From an uncultured bacterium (GTDB lineage Bacteria > Babelota > Babeliae > Babelales > Vermiphilaceae), in the NCBI GenBank assembly GCA_963701085.1, contig OY969561.1, positions 1 to 64,000 on the forward strand: a stretch of DNA of 64,000 bases. Direction: 5' to 3'. The translations under genes and the position numbers were made by a program. Positions within the stretch are counted from its first letter, which is position 1; every line of letters begins with the position of its first letter. Below the pieces are notes generated by a model. It worked only from the letters and a program-made list of their open reading frames with translations. It ran no database searches and had not been told where the DNA came from. Shown in pieces: positions 60,725 to 64,000 of the stretch.

Positions 60725-61642
60725 TTATATTTCTACTTGTTTTTCTTCATAATTTGCTTTGTTTTTTAACTCATCTTGGTAGAAAATATAGAGGCCAACA
60801 AGAACAATACTTATAGAAAGATAAAAATGCCAGCTGATTGTTTCTTGAAAAAATGCCCATCCATAGAGCGCTGCAAATAGTGGGCTTAAAAAACTTGTGA
60901 ATGACATAAATGTTGCAGAGTATTTTTTAAGTAATCCTGCATAAATATTGTGGCATAAAATATTGCTAATAAAGATCATAATGATTAATCCTTTGCTAAA
61001 AGCAATGGGGTCAGAGACTTGAGCAGGACCTTCCAGGGCATATGAGGCGATAAGAGAGAGAAGGCCTCCGCTTGCCATGCAGATACCATTGACGATTGAG
61101 GTATCATATTTTTTGTGTTTGACCAATTTTTGTATGAGTAACCAGCTGTAGCAATGGAGTGATACAGAAATGATAAGAAACAGTTCGTAGATAGAAATAT
61201 AAAAAAACTCTCCAAGCGTTGCTTCTTCTGGGCTTTTAGAAATAAGCATGGGCATCATGCCAATAAGGCCTATGGAAAGTCCGAACCATTGCTTGAAAGA
61301 AAGCCGTTCTTTGAATAAAAAATAGGCATAAAGTGCTGATAAGAATGGTGAAAAGTTGTAAAAAAATGATACTTTCCATACAGGAAGCACTTCTAAGGCA
61401 TAGAGTCGTAATCCATACGTTGCAAACATGCCTAAAACAGTTATTTGAGCAAATATCCAAAAATGTTTTCTTTTAATTTTGAATTCTGCTAATGGTAGAA
61501 AATATTGATAAATAAGAAGAATTCCACCTGCAATGAGCATGCGTGTTCCGGATAAAAATAGCGGAGAGGTAAAGCTTAAAAGATATTTACCCATAGGGAA
61601 TGATGTTGCAAAAAGTGCTTGTAGGAGAATGATAAACGTCAT
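60725..61642 (-). CDS. DMT/EamA family transporter
   Basis: About 10 TM segments in two EamA repeats; FLFKERLS and FFQETIS motifs. Confidence 0.88.
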   Translation of the reverse strand: MTFIILLQALFATSFPMGKYLLSFTSPLFLSGTRMLIAGGILLIYQYFLPLAEFKIKRKHFWIFAQITVLGMFATYGLRLYALEVLPVWKVSFFYNFSPFLSALYAYFLFKERLSFKQWFGLSIGLIGMMPMLISKSPEEATLGEFFYISIYELFLIISVSLHCYSWLLIQKLVKHKKYDTSIVNGICMASGGLLSLIASYALEGPAQVSDPIAFSKGLIIMIFISNILCHNIYAGLLKKYSATFMSFTSFLSPLFAALYGWAFFQETISWHFYLSISIVLVGLYIFYQDELKNKANYEEKQVEI

Positions 61643-61743
61643 AATATTCGTACCTATTAAAATGAATAAGGTTATACTGTTGTAAGTTATCAAAATTAAT
61701 GTATAAAGAGTATATCGTACAAATAAGAAATGGGGAAAAAAAT

Positions 61744-63309
61744 ATGAAAAATTTTACACAATGTCCATGGAAGAGAATGGGATTGTTTTTATTTTTTTCT
61801 TTTAATAGTGTGGTCGTTTTTGCGATGAATAGTCCTGTTATTTCGAATGATCTTTCTCTCAAGCCAGATAAAATAATGACAATTTTTGATCCAAAAAAAG
61901 AGTTAGAACTCGGCAGACCATGGAATGAGGTGGTTCCAGGAAATATGATGATTACTCCCGATGGTAAAGGAGTTGTTATAGGGGATTGTGGTAGAGTTCG
62001 TTATGCTCAATTTGATAGAGAGTACGATATTTATCCAGAGACTATTATTGAACATTCTCGGGTTAAACATTCTCCCATGATTGGAATGTCGCAAAAAAAT
62101 GATGGATCTTTGTTGGTTGTATCTGCAGGTAATTATATAAATGTAGATAAGAAGCGTGTTGCTGAATATATTATGTTTTGCAATGGATCATCTCATATTA
62201 AAAAAATAGATTGGCCTATTCAGGCAATTTCTCTTGACTCTTGTGGGAAAATACTTGCAATCGCGCGTCGTGATTCTGTTACGGTTATTGATCTTGAAAC
62301 AGGTAAAAATGCTGAAGTATACTTTAAGGGTAGTGTTTTTGATAAGAATATTTGGATTGTAGATATCGCTATTCATGCAAAAGGTAATTCAATTATAGCG
62401 ACGGGCAGCCAAGGAGGAGTTCAATTGATGGCGTTATCCAAAAAAGATCAAGGTGATATTAATTTAAGTATCCTTACGCAAGTAATGAGTGGTGACAGTA
62501 TTGAAAAAATTTATTATTCAAGTCTTGAAGAGTTGTTGTATGTAACTCATGACGGGAAAGCAAAAATAATTGCCACGTATAATCTATTGGAAAATGACCA
62601 GGAAAATGTTCAAACGACTGTTTTTGCGGCTCCATCATCATGTAATATGGCTATTGCGGATTCCGGTGAGCATATTGCCACGGCACATTGGAATAATAAC
62701 AGAAATGTACGTGAAGATATTCGACGTAAAATAAAAGTATATCGTAAAGGTATGCAATGTATTGAGAAGTTTGTTCTTGAAGTGCCTCAGTTGGAAGATC
62801 GATATGATTATATAACGGAGTTAGGACAGTGTGGACTAGGGGTGGGGCATTTATTGCATGTTGCATTATGTGACAAGTGTGTTGCTGTACTTGCAACGGA
62901 TGGTAAGATTCGCGTTTGGTCTTTGCCTGAAAAGAATGTAATTTGCAATGAGGCTGAAAAAAAAGAGCTAGGATTTCATGAAAAATTAGCAGAATTGCAA
63001 ACCGCTTCCCGTTCAAGGGATGAAAAAGAGCCGATGAAAAGAAATCGTTCAAGTTCAGAAAAGGTTCGTAGACAGAATTTAATAATTTCTGGTGATGCAG
63101 TTGAATTGGGAGAAAAGAAAAAAGTCTCTCCACGCTTTATACACCTCATTAGTAGAGGGTCTCATAATAGTTCCAAAGAGAATAGCCCTGTATTATCAAG
63201 AGAGAGTTCGCCGCATAGAGTTGAAAGGAGCGAAGGGGTTACCTTTGCGACTGATGTTAAAGAAAATAAGACACCACCAAAAAATTGTGAAGATAAAAAT
63301 ATAATATAA
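61744..63309 (+). CDS. Secreted WD40/beta-propeller-like protein with an Arg/Ser-rich disordered tail
   Basis: Signal ends FA-MN; ITPDGK, SLDSCGK.LA, DGKIRVW motifs. Confidence 0.6.
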   Translation: MKNFTQCPWKRMGLFLFFSFNSVVVFAMNSPVISNDLSLKPDKIMTIFDPKKELELGRPWNEVVPGNMMITPDGKGVVIGDCGRVRYAQFDREYDIYPETIIEHSRVKHSPMIGMSQKNDGSLLVVSAGNYINVDKKRVAEYIMFCNGSSHIKKIDWPIQAISLDSCGKILAIARRDSVTVIDLETGKNAEVYFKGSVFDKNIWIVDIAIHAKGNSIIATGSQGGVQLMALSKKDQGDINLSILTQVMSGDSIEKIYYSSLEELLYVTHDGKAKIIATYNLLENDQENVQTTVFAAPSSCNMAIADSGEHIATAHWNNNRNVREDIRRKIKVYRKGMQCIEKFVLEVPQLEDRYDYITELGQCGLGVGHLLHVALCDKCVAVLATDGKIRVWSLPEKNVICNEAEKKELGFHEKLAELQTASRSRDEKEPMKRNRSSSEKVRRQNLIISGDAVELGEKKKVSPRFIHLISRGSHNSSKENSPVLSRESSPHRVERSEGVTFATDVKENKTPPKNCEDKNII

Positions 63310-63999
63310 TTATTGCAATGCTGTATCGATGAACGCAGCAATTTTTTCTTTATATAATTCTTTGTGTATAAGATGATGCTTTGCATGGAATGATTGTTTT
63401 ATCCACCAACATGTTGTGAGTGGCGCCAACTGAGAAAGTTTAAAGGCGTCACTTTTTTTTGCATATGTATCGTCATGTGAGTGAATAAAAAGAATGGGTG
63501 ATGCAATATGATGTATTTTATCAAATAATGTTGTTATTTGTTCGTGGTATTTCACTAATGGCTTTGTGCAAAAATAATAGCTTATTTTACAACTGTTTTG
63601 CGTGATAAAGCTGCATAATTTATAAATGAAGCTTTGTCGAATTTGATTTTTTGTTGCGTATATAAAAGAAAAAAGAGCGGGAAGCCGTTTTTCAATTCCT
63701 GCAGGCGGTGCTGTGCGTGCTATTTCTGTTACTGATCCCCATCCACTGTCAAAAATAAGACCTTTAATATTTGATTGAGTTTTTTTATTATTTTTTTCTA
63801 AATGGATGAGAGCATGAGCGGCATTGAATGCTCCAGAACATATGCCAGTGATAATGATGGGTAAATTGTTTGTGTCATTGACATAAGAAATTGCGCCAAG
63901 AATATCTTTATATTCATGCAAGCCATATTCCCATAGTCTCCATAGTAATGATCCATCGCTTTCTCCGTGTCCTCTGGCATCAAACAGTACTATGTTACA
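63310..63999 (-). CDS. Alpha/beta hydrolase, 5'-truncated by the window edge
   Basis: Open frame to the edge: VLFDARGHGESDG, GICSG elbow, PILFIHSHDD, H near the C-terminus. Confidence 0.85.
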   Translation of the reverse strand, partial: CNIVLFDARGHGESDGSLLWRLWEYGLHEYKDILGAISYVNDTNNLPIIITGICSGAFNAAHALIHLEKNNKKTQSNIKGLIFDSGWGSVTEIARTAPPAGIEKRLPALFSFIYATKNQIRQSFIYKLCSFITQNSCKISYYFCTKPLVKYHEQITTLFDKIHHIASPILFIHSHDDTYAKKSDAFKLSQLAPLTTCWWIKQSFHAKHHLIHKELYKEKIAAFIDTALQ

Positions 64000-64000
64000 A

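Overview
AT-rich bacterial chromosome segment. Gene content suggests an intracellular protist parasite, most likely Candidatus Dependentiae (TM6/Babeliae); this is an inference from the ankyrin/WD40 proteins with signal peptides, many small secreted orphans, a MutS-V-only protein and collagen/S74 fibres. Housekeeping genes include class I aldolase, ftsL-like/ftsI, bamA, cysS, trxA, YccA, an ABC exporter, GspF/PilC, HIT, EamA and 4 tRNAs. Main observations: (1) A 12.5 kb glycan locus (LicD-cytidylyltransferase, epimerase, GTs including an ABO-type GT6, methyltransferases, Fcl, Gmd) in which every enzyme, even the normally cytoplasmic ones, carries a signal-peptide-like N-terminus, suggesting an exported glycosylation pathway. 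(2) A family of short structured repeats with covarying stems around two fixed C(T/A-rich)CG motifs, fused to the CCA end of all four tRNAs and inserted in frame in ftsI, cysS and a HAD gene, plus a second REP-like family found in bamA and nested in the first. (3) Three tandem, mosaic signal peptide-collagen-NTAVG repeat-Peptidase_S74 fibre genes with a shared palindromic leader. (4) A tandem duplication whose flanking gene fragments differ only synonymously while the cargo genes are highly diverged, consistent with capture of a foreign allele. (5) A terminator-promoter-RBS module repeated in front of three secreted genes. The first ~12 kb has many frameshifts that look like sequencing/assembly errors.
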